IMG/VR virus record: IMGVR_UViG_3300036770_003016
Strand: one strand, 5' to 3'
From: a virus
DNA: 64,000 nucleotides
The notes beneath the pieces were generated by a model that ran no database searches, had not been told where the DNA came from, and was given only the letters and a program-made list of their open reading frames with translations. Shown here piece by piece: positions 1 through 11,311 of the stretch. Numbering within the stretch: position 1 is the stretch's first letter; each line of letters opens with the position of its first letter. The translations under genes and the position numbers were made by a program.

Positions 1-17
1 TGTTATTCTAGACATTA

Positions 18-1682
18 TTAAAAACTCCTTGATATGACTGTTTTTGTTGCGATTCTATTTACCGCAGAAATAAATGGTGGTCCAGAAAGTTCACCAGTGT
101 CAGCGTTAATTTCTAATCCCCCAACAAATATTGCAGAACCTTGATCGTCTTGTCCACTTGCTATAACTAATCCTCTTTCTAATTCAAGTATGCTATCTTG
201 TATTTTAGCAGAGTTTTTGGCAGGAGGTATCTTAGTTAATGCAACACCTGCCATTACTCCACTCCAAGTATGACCTATAGCAGTTATAGTAGAAGGTTCA
301 AGTATTCTTTTTGGATTTTGTAATGTACTATTTATTGCGTCTACAGCATCGATAACTATAGTTTGTGCATTTCCACTTATACCAGGCAAAGCATTTATTT
401 CGTCTCTTAAGTACTCAAAAGAATATTCAAATGCTGCTTGCTTATCTTGTGTAAAAACTGGTTTTGTATTTGCATCCCAAGGTGTAGGATCACTTGGATC
501 AGCTTCTGTTGTAAATAATGATTTAGTAAAATCTAATATTGGTTGTTCATTTTTAGTCAATAATACCCATCTAAGAGATTGTAGGAATGTTGCAGCATCT
601 CTTCTCGTAAATTCTTCATCTTCGGCGTTCCAAGTTGCAGTATATCCTTCTGACACTAAAGAGTTCCACAGACTGTCAATTAAAGCTTCAGTATATTCAT
701 CTATTAATTGATCTGCTTCTGCTCCTTGTGCTTCAGTTATGGAAATCGTGCCTATTTTATAGGGATCAATCATTTGACGAACACCTTTGGCAACCATTGT
801 GTAATCACCAAATTGCGTACTACAGCTCGATAGGATTATTTGACCACCACTAAGAGCATAAAAGTGTCTATGTGACCATAAACAAACAGCATTAACAGCG
901 TTAATTAAACCACCATTTTTTGCACAATATCCAATACCGTTATGTGAAACTGGAGTAGCACCCCATGTCATAATATTAGGAAATATACTATAAGGAGAAC
1001 AAACAGAACCATCCGCTAATGCAACTCCAGCACCCCTACCAACATAAGGATTTGGTTCACCTTCTTCTGGGTCTCTATCTAGAGGAGGAGCTACAAATGA
1101 CCATGTTGGTGTAGTTCTAACTGCTATCTTGTGTGCATATGGCACTCTTCGTATTACCGCACCAGGCCTAAATGAAACAGCAAATCCTTCAGTTGGATTA
1201 TCCATATCATCTAAACGCCAATCTTCAAATATTGGCCCCTCTAAGAAACAACCAGAACCTAAACGAAACACATTTCTTTCTTCAAATCCTGGTTTTGGAC
1301 GAAAGACAGCACTTCTATGTGCAGCTCTTATAATCGTATCATCTGGAACATCTAAATGACCTTCAGTTAAATATACTCCAGCTCCTAATTCAATAAGGGT
1401 CAACATCTCTAATTCTTCTACAACTTCTAAAGCCTTTTCAATCGTTTGAAATGCTCTGTCCCAAGATTTGCCGTCAAAATTATCATTACCATATGGTGAA
1501 ACATAAAAAACATTTGGTGCTTGACCATACTCTCTTAAGTCTTTAAGAAAGTTTTCTAGTGTTATCTTTTTTGTTTTTAAGTAATCGTCTTCTTCTTCAA
1601 GATCAACCATCACTAAAAGATTATTCGCAGTATTAGAACTTACTGTTTGTAGTTCTGGCAGTTGCGTAATTTTAATAGGCAT
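18..1682 (-). CDS. Virion structural protein (beta-helix/DUF1565-like start)
   Basis: 554 aa ORF; FYVSPYGNDNFDGKSWDRAFQTI motif typical of beta-helix virion proteins; follows baseplate wedge genes. Confidence 0.55.
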   Translation of the reverse strand: MPIKITQLPELQTVSSNTANNLLVMVDLEEEDDYLKTKKITLENFLKDLREYGQAPNVFYVSPYGNDNFDGKSWDRAFQTIEKALEVVEELEMLTLIELGAGVYLTEGHLDVPDDTIIRAAHRSAVFRPKPGFEERNVFRLGSGCFLEGPIFEDWRLDDMDNPTEGFAVSFRPGAVIRRVPYAHKIAVRTTPTWSFVAPPLDRDPEEGEPNPYVGRGAGVALADGSVCSPYSIFPNIMTWGATPVSHNGIGYCAKNGGLINAVNAVCLWSHRHFYALSGGQIILSSCSTQFGDYTMVAKGVRQMIDPYKIGTISITEAQGAEADQLIDEYTEALIDSLWNSLVSEGYTATWNAEDEEFTRRDAATFLQSLRWVLLTKNEQPILDFTKSLFTTEADPSDPTPWDANTKPVFTQDKQAAFEYSFEYLRDEINALPGISGNAQTIVIDAVDAINSTLQNPKRILEPSTITAIGHTWSGVMAGVALTKIPPAKNSAKIQDSILELERGLVIASGQDDQGSAIFVGGLEINADTGELSGPPFISAVNRIATKTVISRSF

Positions 1683-4083
1683 TTGAATCCTCTGTTGATA
1701 TTACATTAGGTTTGTTATTCTGAGTAGTCGCAGCCAATTCTCTCCAATACTCAGTGACAACACCTCTGTAGTATGGATATGGCACATAAATCGTCAAACC
1801 AACATTAGTTGATGTGAATTCAAAAGGTTCAGAAACAGTTATCGTTGTATTATTTATAATAGTATTTACAATTCTTATTTCAGAATTAACTACTATGTAA
1901 GTTCCTTCTCCAATTAATCCTAAAGTATTTGCCAAAACAAAATAAGTGTTGGTTCCAGTAATTGTGTAAGAACCAGCAGTAACATTAACAGAACCAGTTC
2001 CAGCAAGTTCTTTTGATACATTTTCATATACTGATTCTGTAGTTAAAACTTCAACATTATCTTCAAAATTATATCTAGCATAATTTATGAAACCAGTTGG
2101 ATTTAAAAGATCATTTGCTAATTTTCTATAACGATTAAACTCTATTTTTGAAGTTATAACATAAGAAAAATCAATGTAATAATTTTCTCCCTGTATTCTC
2201 ATCTCATCTGATGACAGAAGGCCATCTGCACTTGTCCATTTTCCAGGTAAAGAAACATACGAAGAAGATATTGTCGATGTTAATTGAGCATCACCGTTAC
2301 CACTAAATGTCAAATCTGGAAGTGGACTTGATTCATAACCACTTCCTTTATCGACTATTTCCACTTTCAATACTTTTCCAACCACTCCATCATCTACATC
2401 ATACTCAAACTCCGCTCCTTCATACATGAATAAATCAACTTGCAGATTTGCACCAGTACCTTCACTATCAACTACTATTGTTGGAAGATAATCTTTGTTG
2501 TAATTTATACCTCCATCTAAAACTCTAACACTTGTTATTGATCCATTTGAACTTACAGCATTGACTTCTGCTCTGGCTCCTCTTCCAAAATAATGACTTT
2601 TATGTACAAACAAAACCTCATCACCTACGCTATAGCCTTGGCCTCCGTTGTTTATTTTGACTGAAGCTATAGAACCAATATCTCGTATTGTTACTTCATC
2701 ATTGGTTGCTGGATTAGTATATAAAACTACATCATTAATTGTAAAAGTAATATTTGGTGTATTTGGTATTTGACTAGTTACTATAAAAGTATCTAAGAGA
2801 GGCCCTAAACCATCCATAGTGAATAAATTTAAACCATCAGAAATAATAGAATTTAAATTTATAGTTTCTTGTTCTTTAATACCAAAATCAACAGAACTTA
2901 TATTAATAGATGAATAGTCATCAATGACATCAATGTTATAACGAATAAAATTTGGTCCACTTAAAGAGGTATCGTCTACACTACTAACTACAGCTACAAA
3001 TTCAGCTGATGTGTAATTATTGGCATCAATTTCTAAACCTGTTTTGTAACCTTGGCCAGTTTTATCAATTTTCACAAATAGTTTTTCAATTTTTCCAGAA
3101 CTAACTTCTGATACAAAACCTGTTGCTTTTCTGGCACTTTTTCCTAAAAAATTAACTGTATCACCAACGACATAATTACTTCCAGGATTTACTATTTGTA
3201 TATCTTGAACTTCAGATAAAGTTTGAAAACTAAATGGTATTAATTGTTCACCAACAATAACAGTACAATCTATAATTTCACCATTTATAAAATTACCAAC
3301 TTTAGTTTTTTCTTCTATAAAAAATTGAAAAAAATCTTCTCCAGCAATTCTTCGTCTTCCAACATTTTCAACTAAAGCTTTAGCACCAGATTTTTGTCCA
3401 ACTAATTGTCTGTTATTAAAAATATCTAAATCAAAATTTATCAAATATCTTATTTCAATTTTATCAATAAATATCGGAGGAACTAATAATGTAATTTTTT
3501 TTAATTCTTTTCTTAATGAATATTGATTTGTTAAAATGCCATCAAATCTAACTTCTATTTGATTTTCAGTTAATTCATATGGTAAATAATATGTTAATAT
3601 ATTTGGATCAGCATCGTAAACACTAGTTACTATAGGCTCAGTTCTCAGTATATTTTCAATTGTCCATTTACCATCAGATGCTCTAAGAATATTGTTTCTT
3701 GGATATTCTACTTTAATTTCTTCTTTAAAAAGTAATCTAAACAATAATTCAAATGATTTGAGTGTACCTTTCGATCTATACAAAGGTAAAAGATTCTTCA
3801 TAAAAAAAGATTTATCAAACACACTCTCACTAGGAATCAATGAAGCAAATGTATTAAAAAAGTTTTCTTCAAATTTTTCTAAAGATTCGTCTAAATCAAA
3901 AGCATTTTTAATATTTTTTGCTTCTTCTATTAAATTATTTTTTTGACTAATAGAATTAGAATAAAATTGTTCTTTCTCTAAGAACTCATAGTATGCTTCT
4001 AAAAATGAAATGAAAAGAGGATAATCCTCTCTTACAAATTCTGGTACTTGTCTATTGACTAATAATGATGTTCTCAAATCCAT
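1672..4083 (-). CDS. Baseplate wedge initiator (T4 gp7-like)
   Basis: QVPEFVREDYPLF N-terminus, LYRSKGT..LFRLLF, repeated NPGSNY/GGQGY modules; directly downstream of gp6. Confidence 0.75.
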   Translation of the reverse strand: MDLRTSLLVNRQVPEFVREDYPLFISFLEAYYEFLEKEQFYSNSISQKNNLIEEAKNIKNAFDLDESLEKFEENFFNTFASLIPSESVFDKSFFMKNLLPLYRSKGTLKSFELLFRLLFKEEIKVEYPRNNILRASDGKWTIENILRTEPIVTSVYDADPNILTYYLPYELTENQIEVRFDGILTNQYSLRKELKKITLLVPPIFIDKIEIRYLINFDLDIFNNRQLVGQKSGAKALVENVGRRRIAGEDFFQFFIEEKTKVGNFINGEIIDCTVIVGEQLIPFSFQTLSEVQDIQIVNPGSNYVVGDTVNFLGKSARKATGFVSEVSSGKIEKLFVKIDKTGQGYKTGLEIDANNYTSAEFVAVVSSVDDTSLSGPNFIRYNIDVIDDYSSINISSVDFGIKEQETINLNSIISDGLNLFTMDGLGPLLDTFIVTSQIPNTPNITFTINDVVLYTNPATNDEVTIRDIGSIASVKINNGGQGYSVGDEVLFVHKSHYFGRGARAEVNAVSSNGSITSVRVLDGGINYNKDYLPTIVVDSEGTGANLQVDLFMYEGAEFEYDVDDGVVGKVLKVEIVDKGSGYESSPLPDLTFSGNGDAQLTSTISSSYVSLPGKWTSADGLLSSDEMRIQGENYYIDFSYVITSKIEFNRYRKLANDLLNPTGFINYARYNFEDNVEVLTTESVYENVSKELAGTGSVNVTAGSYTITGTNTYFVLANTLGLIGEGTYIVVNSEIRIVNTIINNTTITVSEPFEFTSTNVGLTIYVPYPYYRGVVTEYWRELAATTQNNKPNVISTEDSNAY

Positions 4084-4084
4084 T

Positions 4085-6142
4085 TTATGTTACTAATGTA
4101 GTAGAAATAGAAGAAGGGTCATTTGGGTCTATGGTTATAATAGTATTTTTATTGGATTCAATTATAGTATTTCCAGCTCCAACATCTAGTTTTATAAAAT
4201 TATCTGTAGAGTATGTAGACAAAATATTTAAATTAAATAAATTTATTTCTCCAGTATCATAATCTATAGTACCTACTTCTGGGTCAACAATCTGTCTTTC
4301 TGTATTTTCATTAAAATATATTAAACGCAAAATGCCAAATTTATTGTTAATTATAGATACAGCAGAAGCACCAAATCCACCACCACCACTAATTGTAACT
4401 GTGGCCTTTGTATAATTTTCACCAGGACTTGTTATTCTTATAGACTCAATTCTACCATTTACTATTTTGGCTCTAGCAGTAGCACCACTACCATCACCAG
4501 TAATTGTGACTGTTGGTTCTGTTACATAACCTGAACCAGGATTTAAAACAAGAATATTATAGATTCCAGAGAAAGAATCTAAAACTTCTTCAATCTGAAC
4601 TGTTCGTCTAATACCAAAACTATCAAATACATCAAACTCATCCGAAATAAGTCTATTTAAAATGTTACCTTGCAATAAAGATTGATTAAATTGTATTTTA
4701 TAATTTGTAGAAACATTTAATTGTGGTAAAAATCTTTTTTCTAATCTTAGAACAGAGTCTACACCAATTATAGATGGATCAATCTTGTTCATCTCTTCTT
4801 GTAGTTTAGATAGAACAAATGTCTTATTAAAATTATTCACATTACTTTCAAAAAAGTTTAACACTAATGTTCTAACATTGTTTTTAAATGTTTCTGTAGT
4901 TAAAAGATTTTTTTGTGGATCATACTTTATTGTATTAAATATTTTAACAAAAACAAATTCAGGATCTCTAATTATACTCTCTATAGAAATTACAGATTTT
5001 GGTTTAAGTATCTCTTCTACAATTCTTCTTTTTTCGGTTTCAGAAATATAATAATTATCTTTAGTTTTCAACGAAATAAATATTTTTCCAAAAATTGGTG
5101 GACTTTCTTCATTGCCACCCCAAACAGATACAGCCTCTAAACCTGGATAATTTTGCATCAAATATTTTTCATAATCTTTATTTGTTATTAATCTGTTCTG
5201 TGAAGCATAATGTAATGGTGCATAAAATTTAATAGAATCAATAGATTCTCTTTCTAGACCACCAGTGGAAGATTGAACTACTGTAATTGTCGATCTTATT
5301 AACTCATCATTTCTACTATCTCTAACAGAAGTTGCACTTACAACAAAGTCATTTGCTTTATTTGCTAAAGAAGAATTAGTTGAAAGATAACTGATAGTAA
5401 CTATATTACCATCTGTTAAAGCTTTACCAAGTGAGCCATTTCCAAAAAAGATTTGATAATTACCTTCTTTGGATTCTTGTAAAAAATACACAGGAGAATT
5501 AGAATCTATGTCTAAAATATCTTCTGCTAAATTATAAACTGTTGTTGTTGGGTTTGTACTAGATTCTGTAACATACACTTTGATAGTATCAGTATCAACA
5601 TTAGAATCTGAAATCGTAAATATTTGTTTTGGATTAGTCTGTATGTTATAAGTATATTGGTAATTTCCAATAACGCCTTCATAAATTTTTAAATTTTCAA
5701 AAACAAAAGTTCCATCAGCTTTTGTTGCAGTAACATCATCTAACAATAAAAATTCATAAGAAACATCGTCAATTTGATTTGAGGAAAAAGAAAAACCTCT
5801 AGGTAATGTTAAACTAGATGGTTCGTTATTTGTTGCTTGAAACTCTAAATTTATTACAGCAAAAGATGCTTTCTTAGATTTTGGAGTATAACCTAAACTC
5901 TTTGCATGAGAAACAATTGAATTTCTAAGCAGTGCTGAGTCTAAGAAAGACTCTTTTAATGCCATGTTTAGATAGTATGCATTGTAATGTGTATTATATG
6001 CTAAAACATCTAAAAGAACATTTAACCCTGAAGCTTCAAAATCGTAATCTTGAAATTCTGATTGTGATTTTAGATAATTTTTAAGATTTTCCTTTATTGT
6101 AGAAAAATCTAATTCTGTTACATTTAAATTAGAATTTGCCAT
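4085..6142 (-). CDS. gp6: Baseplate wedge subunit gp6
   Basis: ELDFSTIKENLK..FQDYDFEASGLNVLLDVLAYNTHY; QNRLIT..DY. Confidence 0.92.
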   Translation of the reverse strand: MANSNLNVTELDFSTIKENLKNYLKSQSEFQDYDFEASGLNVLLDVLAYNTHYNAYYLNMALKESFLDSALLRNSIVSHAKSLGYTPKSKKASFAVINLEFQATNNEPSSLTLPRGFSFSSNQIDDVSYEFLLLDDVTATKADGTFVFENLKIYEGVIGNYQYTYNIQTNPKQIFTISDSNVDTDTIKVYVTESSTNPTTTVYNLAEDILDIDSNSPVYFLQESKEGNYQIFFGNGSLGKALTDGNIVTISYLSTNSSLANKANDFVVSATSVRDSRNDELIRSTITVVQSSTGGLERESIDSIKFYAPLHYASQNRLITNKDYEKYLMQNYPGLEAVSVWGGNEESPPIFGKIFISLKTKDNYYISETEKRRIVEEILKPKSVISIESIIRDPEFVFVKIFNTIKYDPQKNLLTTETFKNNVRTLVLNFFESNVNNFNKTFVLSKLQEEMNKIDPSIIGVDSVLRLEKRFLPQLNVSTNYKIQFNQSLLQGNILNRLISDEFDVFDSFGIRRTVQIEEVLDSFSGIYNILVLNPGSGYVTEPTVTITGDGSGATARAKIVNGRIESIRITSPGENYTKATVTISGGGGFGASAVSIINNKFGILRLIYFNENTERQIVDPEVGTIDYDTGEINLFNLNILSTYSTDNFIKLDVGAGNTIIESNKNTIITIDPNDPSSISTTLVT

Positions 6143-6547
6143 CTATCTTGTTCTTTCCAATAAAAAACTTATTGAAACTGGTTCTGTTCTGTTGAGTATA
6201 TTAAAAAGCAATTCTACTTGAAAAGAATTCTCATCAAATTTTGGTGTTACACTTAAATTTATTACTTCAACTCTAGGTTCAAAATTTTGAATAGTCTGTG
6301 TGATTTCTTTCTCTAAAGCTGCAGCTGTAATAATGTCTAGATTCTCAAACAATAATTTTCTGACATTACTGCCATATTCTGGCATAAAAGGCTTCTCATA
6401 GTGATTTGTCAAAAGTAAATTTTTCAAAGCATTAATAACTGCCATTTCACCAACATGCTTGTTTACATCTTTTCGTATTGGATGAATAGTGAAATTTAAG
6501 TCTAAATCACTATAATTTCTTGTTTTTAGTTGAGTTATTGTTGCCAT
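6143..6547 (-). CDS. gp25: Baseplate wedge subunit gp25
   Basis: YSDLDLNF, NLLLT..EKPF.PEYGS, IQNFEPRV. Confidence 0.92.
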   Translation of the reverse strand: MATITQLKTRNYSDLDLNFTIHPIRKDVNKHVGEMAVINALKNLLLTNHYEKPFMPEYGSNVRKLLFENLDIITAAALEKEITQTIQNFEPRVEVINLSVTPKFDENSFQVELLFNILNRTEPVSISFLLERTR

Positions 6548-6554
6548 TTATTAT

Positions 6555-7391
6555 TTATGTGTTTGCTTTTAGTCTATCTGTACCTATAAAGTCATTAATT
6601 AAATTATTCTCAGTTTCACCTAAATCTTTATATCTCTTCATCTCTTCAAATTTTTCTAGAAGTATAGTTGTGTTGGCATAGAAATTTTCATCATGAGTTC
6701 TTCTAGTATTGAATAATGTTGTGATCGAACTGATATCGTTTGCTATATCTTGTATCTCTTCTGTAGTTAAAGTACTTGCATAATAGGTAATAACATTATC
6801 ACCATCCATTTCTGTAAACTCTTCAATACTAGTTTCTATTAATTCTGGATAATTATTTATCGTCTGTAACTTATCTTGCAACTCTTCTTCAATAAAAAGA
6901 CTAGTAAAAGATCCTATCATTGGAGCATTATTCTGTATTCCGTCTGCCTGGTAAACAATCATCATGACTGTTTTTGCCATTCCAATTGCAAGATCATAAT
7001 GTGGTAAATCAGAAGTATTTTCGTTTGGCTCTACAAGACCACTTATTCTATCAGTATGAGCTATAAAATTAGGCCCTGAAACAGAATATACAGTATTTGC
7101 AGCAGTGCTTACACCAACTAAATTCCCAACAGAATTTGCAGGATCATCTGGGTCTGAACAAGCTGCAATTATAGATAAACATTTACTTCTTATAGATTCA
7201 GTAACTATTTTAACTGGATTTACAAGATAGTTTGTTGTTGCTATGTCATTGTTTTTTAAATCTTCATATTGCCAATCTTCTAAAAGTGGTGGCAGACTAT
7301 CTAAACTCTTAATAACTTCTGGTGAAAAGTCACTGACTTCGTTTGCAGAAGGTGTGTAATTGTATCCTAAACTATCAAATATACTGGGCAT
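6555..7391 (-). CDS. Hypothetical baseplate-region protein
   Basis: 278 aa ORF co-transcribed between gp5 and gp25. Confidence 0.6.
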   Translation of the reverse strand: MPSIFDSLGYNYTPSANEVSDFSPEVIKSLDSLPPLLEDWQYEDLKNNDIATTNYLVNPVKIVTESIRSKCLSIIAACSDPDDPANSVGNLVGVSTAANTVYSVSGPNFIAHTDRISGLVEPNENTSDLPHYDLAIGMAKTVMMIVYQADGIQNNAPMIGSFTSLFIEEELQDKLQTINNYPELIETSIEEFTEMDGDNVITYYASTLTTEEIQDIANDISSITTLFNTRRTHDENFYANTTILLEKFEEMKRYKDLGETENNLINDFIGTDRLKANT

Positions 7392-7400
7392 TTTTATTCC

Positions 7401-8222
7401 TTATACCATACCAACAATTGGTGGTCCTGTTCTTCCTTTTGGAGCTATGTGGAAGTGTCTACTATAAATTTTAGAGTTTACATTGTCTGTCATCAAACCT
7501 GCTCTCATTACTCCAAAATTTCCTAAAGGTGAGTTTACAGAAACACCAGCATTTACTAATCCAACGCATATGACATTACCAGGAACAGCTGCAGGTAACC
7601 CTATTGCCAATCCACCAAGAACAGATGTGAATCCTAATGGGCCTGCACTAACTCCAGTTCCAGCATCAATTCTAGTCAAAGAAGTGATCATGTCTGCTGT
7701 CATATCTCCCCCAACAGAAAGATCACCAGAAACATAAACATTGTCTCCACTAGTAAGTCGAATAGAACCTAATCCAACAGCAGAACCTGCAGCAATAGTT
7801 GTATCTTCATTTGATGCAAGAGTTGTTTTCTTGTGTACATAAGTTGACATATCACCAAGAACTTCTAATTTATAGTCACCATCTACTTTTTCAATTCTGT
7901 CACCACGAACATGAAGTATAGAATCTCCATTAATGGTTATGTTACAATGTCCTTCGATCAATACATTTTTGTTTTTAATTGTGATTTCATAACCGTCACC
8001 ATAAACTTTATGTACTTCATCACCATTTGGATGCATTTCGATAAATGTACCAGTTCTATGCTGTAGACGAATTCGTTCTCTATTTGGTGTATCATCCATT
8101 TCAAATGAATGACCAGACCTAGTTTGTGTACAGTTATTATATGGATACTGTGGTGGTGTTTCGTCGTTTGCTGGTGACTCTGGTTCTAACCACCCATGAT
8201 CGTCTGCTGGTCTCTCTGCCAT
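7401..8222 (-). CDS. Baseplate spike, gp5 C-terminal beta-helix part
   Basis: YPYN..TRSGHSFEMDDTPNRERI..HRTGT motif; V/I-x-G-D repeats; C-terminal HFH. Confidence 0.85.
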   Translation of the reverse strand: MAERPADDHGWLEPESPANDETPPQYPYNNCTQTRSGHSFEMDDTPNRERIRLQHRTGTFIEMHPNGDEVHKVYGDGYEITIKNKNVLIEGHCNITINGDSILHVRGDRIEKVDGDYKLEVLGDMSTYVHKKTTLASNEDTTIAAGSAVGLGSIRLTSGDNVYVSGDLSVGGDMTADMITSLTRIDAGTGVSAGPLGFTSVLGGLAIGLPAAVPGNVICVGLVNAGVSVNSPLGNFGVMRAGLMTDNVNSKIYSRHFHIAPKGRTGPPIVGMV

Positions 8223-8226
8223 AATT

Positions 8227-9327
8227 TTAGTGTTGTTTAAATTCGATTACAAAAGTATTGTCTGATAATACATCATCTTTTGATGGTAATGTATTCAGTA
8301 AAAATGTTTCTACTTCTTGACCAACTTGATTTACAGCTTCTGGTGATGCTGGGTTTGCCAATGCCTCTACAACTTGTCCTGGTATGGCTAATGTTTCTGC
8401 TGCCTCTGCCAACAAATCTCTACTTGCCTGTACTATGTTATTGAACTCTGCTTGAAGGGCTGCAATATCTCCTATTGTACTACCTCCTTCTGGTGGTGTC
8501 AATAAGTCTGCAAATCCTTTTGCGAGTGCTGCATATGCCTTATCTAAACATTCTTGTAAAAATCTTCTTGCTTTTTCTGGCAAACTCAGTATGTAATCAA
8601 TCAATGCTCTTATTTTCATTGCAAAGAGAATTAGTATTTGAGCTAAATCATTCAACTCACTAATTATACTTGTTATATATTTTATCTCTCTAGCAATTGC
8701 TTTTGCAAATTGAATAACTTTAGAGACTTCGCCATTTGTGTCAGAAAAACCTAATGCTTTCAATGCAGCACGAATTGCCTTTCGTATCTCTTCAATAATT
8801 ATACCAAATTTGGCTCTAACATATGCTACTGCTTTGTTTACTTCTGGTGATATATCACAGACAGACTTTCTTTCTTGATTTATAGCATTTGTTAAAGTGC
8901 CATCCATGACACCTCTTGTAATTCTAACTTGAGTTGGTTCTCCAATAACTCTGTCAACTTGTGATGATCTTGGTTTAGATGCGGAACCTTCTCTTCGAAT
9001 TGCTTCTTGATAAACTATACTAGATTGAGAACTTTCAACTCCAGGTAGTACATTTAGAACAACAGGAATTTGAGCAAACTCACCATCTTGAAAAAATCCA
9101 AGAACCCAATCTCCCTCTCTGGGAGTAGCGTATGTATTTGGCGCATTTGTTGATAGTGCTACTTGAGCCCAAGGTAAAGTGTTTGTTGGAACAAGTTTTT
9201 TATCTTCAGAATGAAGACCAATAATCCTGACTCTAACCGAGCCAAGTTTTAATGGATCTAAGACATCTTCTACGATGCCAATCCACCAAATAAAAGGTCG
9301 TTTTCCGTAAAAATCTTGAGGTATCAT
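8227..9327 (-). CDS. Baseplate hub gp5 N-terminal OB-fold part plus helical extension
   Basis: WWIGIVEDVLDPLKLGSVRVRIIGLH..LPWA..GDWVLGFF.DG. Confidence 0.88.
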   Translation of the reverse strand: MIPQDFYGKRPFIWWIGIVEDVLDPLKLGSVRVRIIGLHSEDKKLVPTNTLPWAQVALSTNAPNTYATPREGDWVLGFFQDGEFAQIPVVLNVLPGVESSQSSIVYQEAIRREGSASKPRSSQVDRVIGEPTQVRITRGVMDGTLTNAINQERKSVCDISPEVNKAVAYVRAKFGIIIEEIRKAIRAALKALGFSDTNGEVSKVIQFAKAIAREIKYITSIISELNDLAQILILFAMKIRALIDYILSLPEKARRFLQECLDKAYAALAKGFADLLTPPEGGSTIGDIAALQAEFNNIVQASRDLLAEAAETLAIPGQVVEALANPASPEAVNQVGQEVETFLLNTLPSKDDVLSDNTFVIEFKQH

Positions 9328-10637
9328 ATTTTACTTGAATCTGTACAAATTTCTAACAATGTTTCGTGTCTGTTATAACGAATAATATGTCTAACTCCAG
9401 TAATTATATATCTACCACTCAATGTATCATCTAAGACTTCTTCTTCCTTGGTTGAAAATTTAGGATAATCTAGATTCACTAAAAACCCAGGATTATAACC
9501 AAAATTACCAGGCATTGTGACTTGCAATCTCTTCTGCATCATATTTGCAAAATAAGATTTTCTTTGAAACACATAATTGTGAGTATCATCAATTACAGTA
9601 GAGGCTGTTGGATTATTTTCTCTTATGTAAGCAGTCTGAACTCTTGGTAAAGCAAAAGGATATGTAACAACTCTTGAATCATACATGTCTCTAAAATCTT
9701 TGTTGTCTTTCGTTTTAGAGTCAGTTAGATTATCATATTTATTGCCATGTTTGGCATTAGTCTGCAACTCGAAAGCATTATTCACTCGACGAATAACTTG
9801 TGTTTTAGTAAAAGTGTCAAACCCAACAAATTTTCCAGCATAAGAACCATTTTTAATATTATCGATCATACTAAATTGAGATAAAACTTTTACATCTCTG
9901 GCACCATAAAATTCATTCTCATTATTCGTAACATCTTTACCTAAGTTTTTAGGAATAACATTTATGTTGAACAATGAATCTAAAGACCAAAGAAAAGATA
10001 CTGGAACAAAATTATATCCAGCCGCAGACTCATAGAAAACATAGTCTGGTATTTTATATTCGTTAGAAATTGATTTCTTTGTTATCCAATTTATCGCATC
10101 AAAAGGAGTTAGATTTGGAATGATAAAATCTTTTTTGGTATCTGTTGGAAAGATTGTACCAATACCAGAATTTCCTCTAGAAACAGCTGCATTTGGAACT
10201 TTTAAATGATCTGTAAGAATTTTCAATACAGTATTTGAATATGTTCCCGTATAGCTTTGAGAAATCTTTTTTTGATTAGAATAAATGAAGTCTTCGTTTA
10301 CAAAATGTAAAATGTAAGTCTGTGTAGTTAAATTTTTGTTGTTTCTATTTGTTACTTTGTAAATCTTAAATTTTTTCTCAAAGATAAATCCACTAGGATT
10401 ATCATCCATTTTTTCTATGTTTATTTTTAGTGTTTCATTTCCACTAATGTCTAATTTTTCAAAAAGATTTATTGAGTCTTCAATTAAAATGTTGCCTGAT
10501 CTACATGGTGTAAAAATATTGTCAAATAAATTTAACTCTACAAATATATTGGTCAAATCAATATTTTGTCCTGAACTCGTAGACAAAAATAATTCGTTGA
10601 CTTTAAATTGTATAGATTGCGTTAAAACTGAACTCAT
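9324..10637 (-). CDS. Baseplate hub protein (gp27-like)
   Basis: Position between gp53 and gp5; C-terminal LSGRYIITGVRH motif of hub proteins. Confidence 0.7.
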   Translation of the reverse strand: MSSVLTQSIQFKVNELFLSTSSGQNIDLTNIFVELNLFDNIFTPCRSGNILIEDSINLFEKLDISGNETLKINIEKMDDNPSGFIFEKKFKIYKVTNRNNKNLTTQTYILHFVNEDFIYSNQKKISQSYTGTYSNTVLKILTDHLKVPNAAVSRGNSGIGTIFPTDTKKDFIIPNLTPFDAINWITKKSISNEYKIPDYVFYESAAGYNFVPVSFLWSLDSLFNINVIPKNLGKDVTNNENEFYGARDVKVLSQFSMIDNIKNGSYAGKFVGFDTFTKTQVIRRVNNAFELQTNAKHGNKYDNLTDSKTKDNKDFRDMYDSRVVTYPFALPRVQTAYIRENNPTASTVIDDTHNYVFQRKSYFANMMQKRLQVTMPGNFGYNPGFLVNLDYPKFSTKEEEVLDDTLSGRYIITGVRHIIRYNRHETLLEICTDSSKI

Positions 10638-11305
10638 TGTTGATATAACTCTTTTATTTCATTTTCTAAGACAGAAACAAAATCTTGCTTTAATATTTTT
10701 ATCTCTCTCTTAGATTCGTTCAATTCATATTCGTAATCATAATACGTTTTAATTTCTTTACTATAAGAATATGTGAGAAAAGAACCACTATGCAATAAAA
10801 TTTCACCATTGACACCATTTTGCATATATTCTTCATTACTGTAGTATGTGTTTGCGTCAACAGGAAGTTTAGTAACAGTTGTTACACCTTCAACAGTCTT
10901 TGTAATTACTTTATAGAAAGAATGATAGTTATCAACATTGGCTACTGTATTTTTTGCCCATCTTATACCTTCACCCTTCTCGTTCGTATTTGCATATTCT
11001 GATTGAGAATATTTGTAATCAACATATTCGTTGAATTGATCGTACTGCAAAGGCCAATCGTATTGTGGATCAACAATGTTATTCATCATTAAAATGATCC
11101 AATATCTTTCGGATGAATTATAAAATTTTGCAGCTAAATTATCTGGGGTATCACCATCACGAATATCATAGGTGTAATATACAGCAGTATTTTCTAAAAA
11201 TTTATTTTCAATTGACGCAGAAGAACTTAAATTGGTAACATAATTGAAATTAGAATTGTCAGCTACATCATAATAAATTTTTGGTAAAAGTTTTAGATAT
11301 TTCAT
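10634..11305 (-). CDS. gp53: Baseplate wedge gp53
   Basis: YDIRDGDTPD.LA.KFY...YWIILMMNNI.DP..DWP; NESKREIKIL. Confidence 0.9.
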   Translation of the reverse strand: MKYLKLLPKIYYDVADNSNFNYVTNLSSSASIENKFLENTAVYYTYDIRDGDTPDNLAAKFYNSSERYWIILMMNNIVDPQYDWPLQYDQFNEYVDYKYSQSEYANTNEKGEGIRWAKNTVANVDNYHSFYKVITKTVEGVTTVTKLPVDANTYYSNEEYMQNGVNGEILLHSGSFLTYSYSKEIKTYYDYEYELNESKREIKILKQDFVSVLENEIKELYQQ

Positions 11306-11311
11306 TTTATT

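Noticed and set aside
635-11002. Short + strand ORFs antisense to baseplate genes (also elsewhere in the window)
   Set aside because: Shadow ORFs of long - strand genes with no motifs or RBS.
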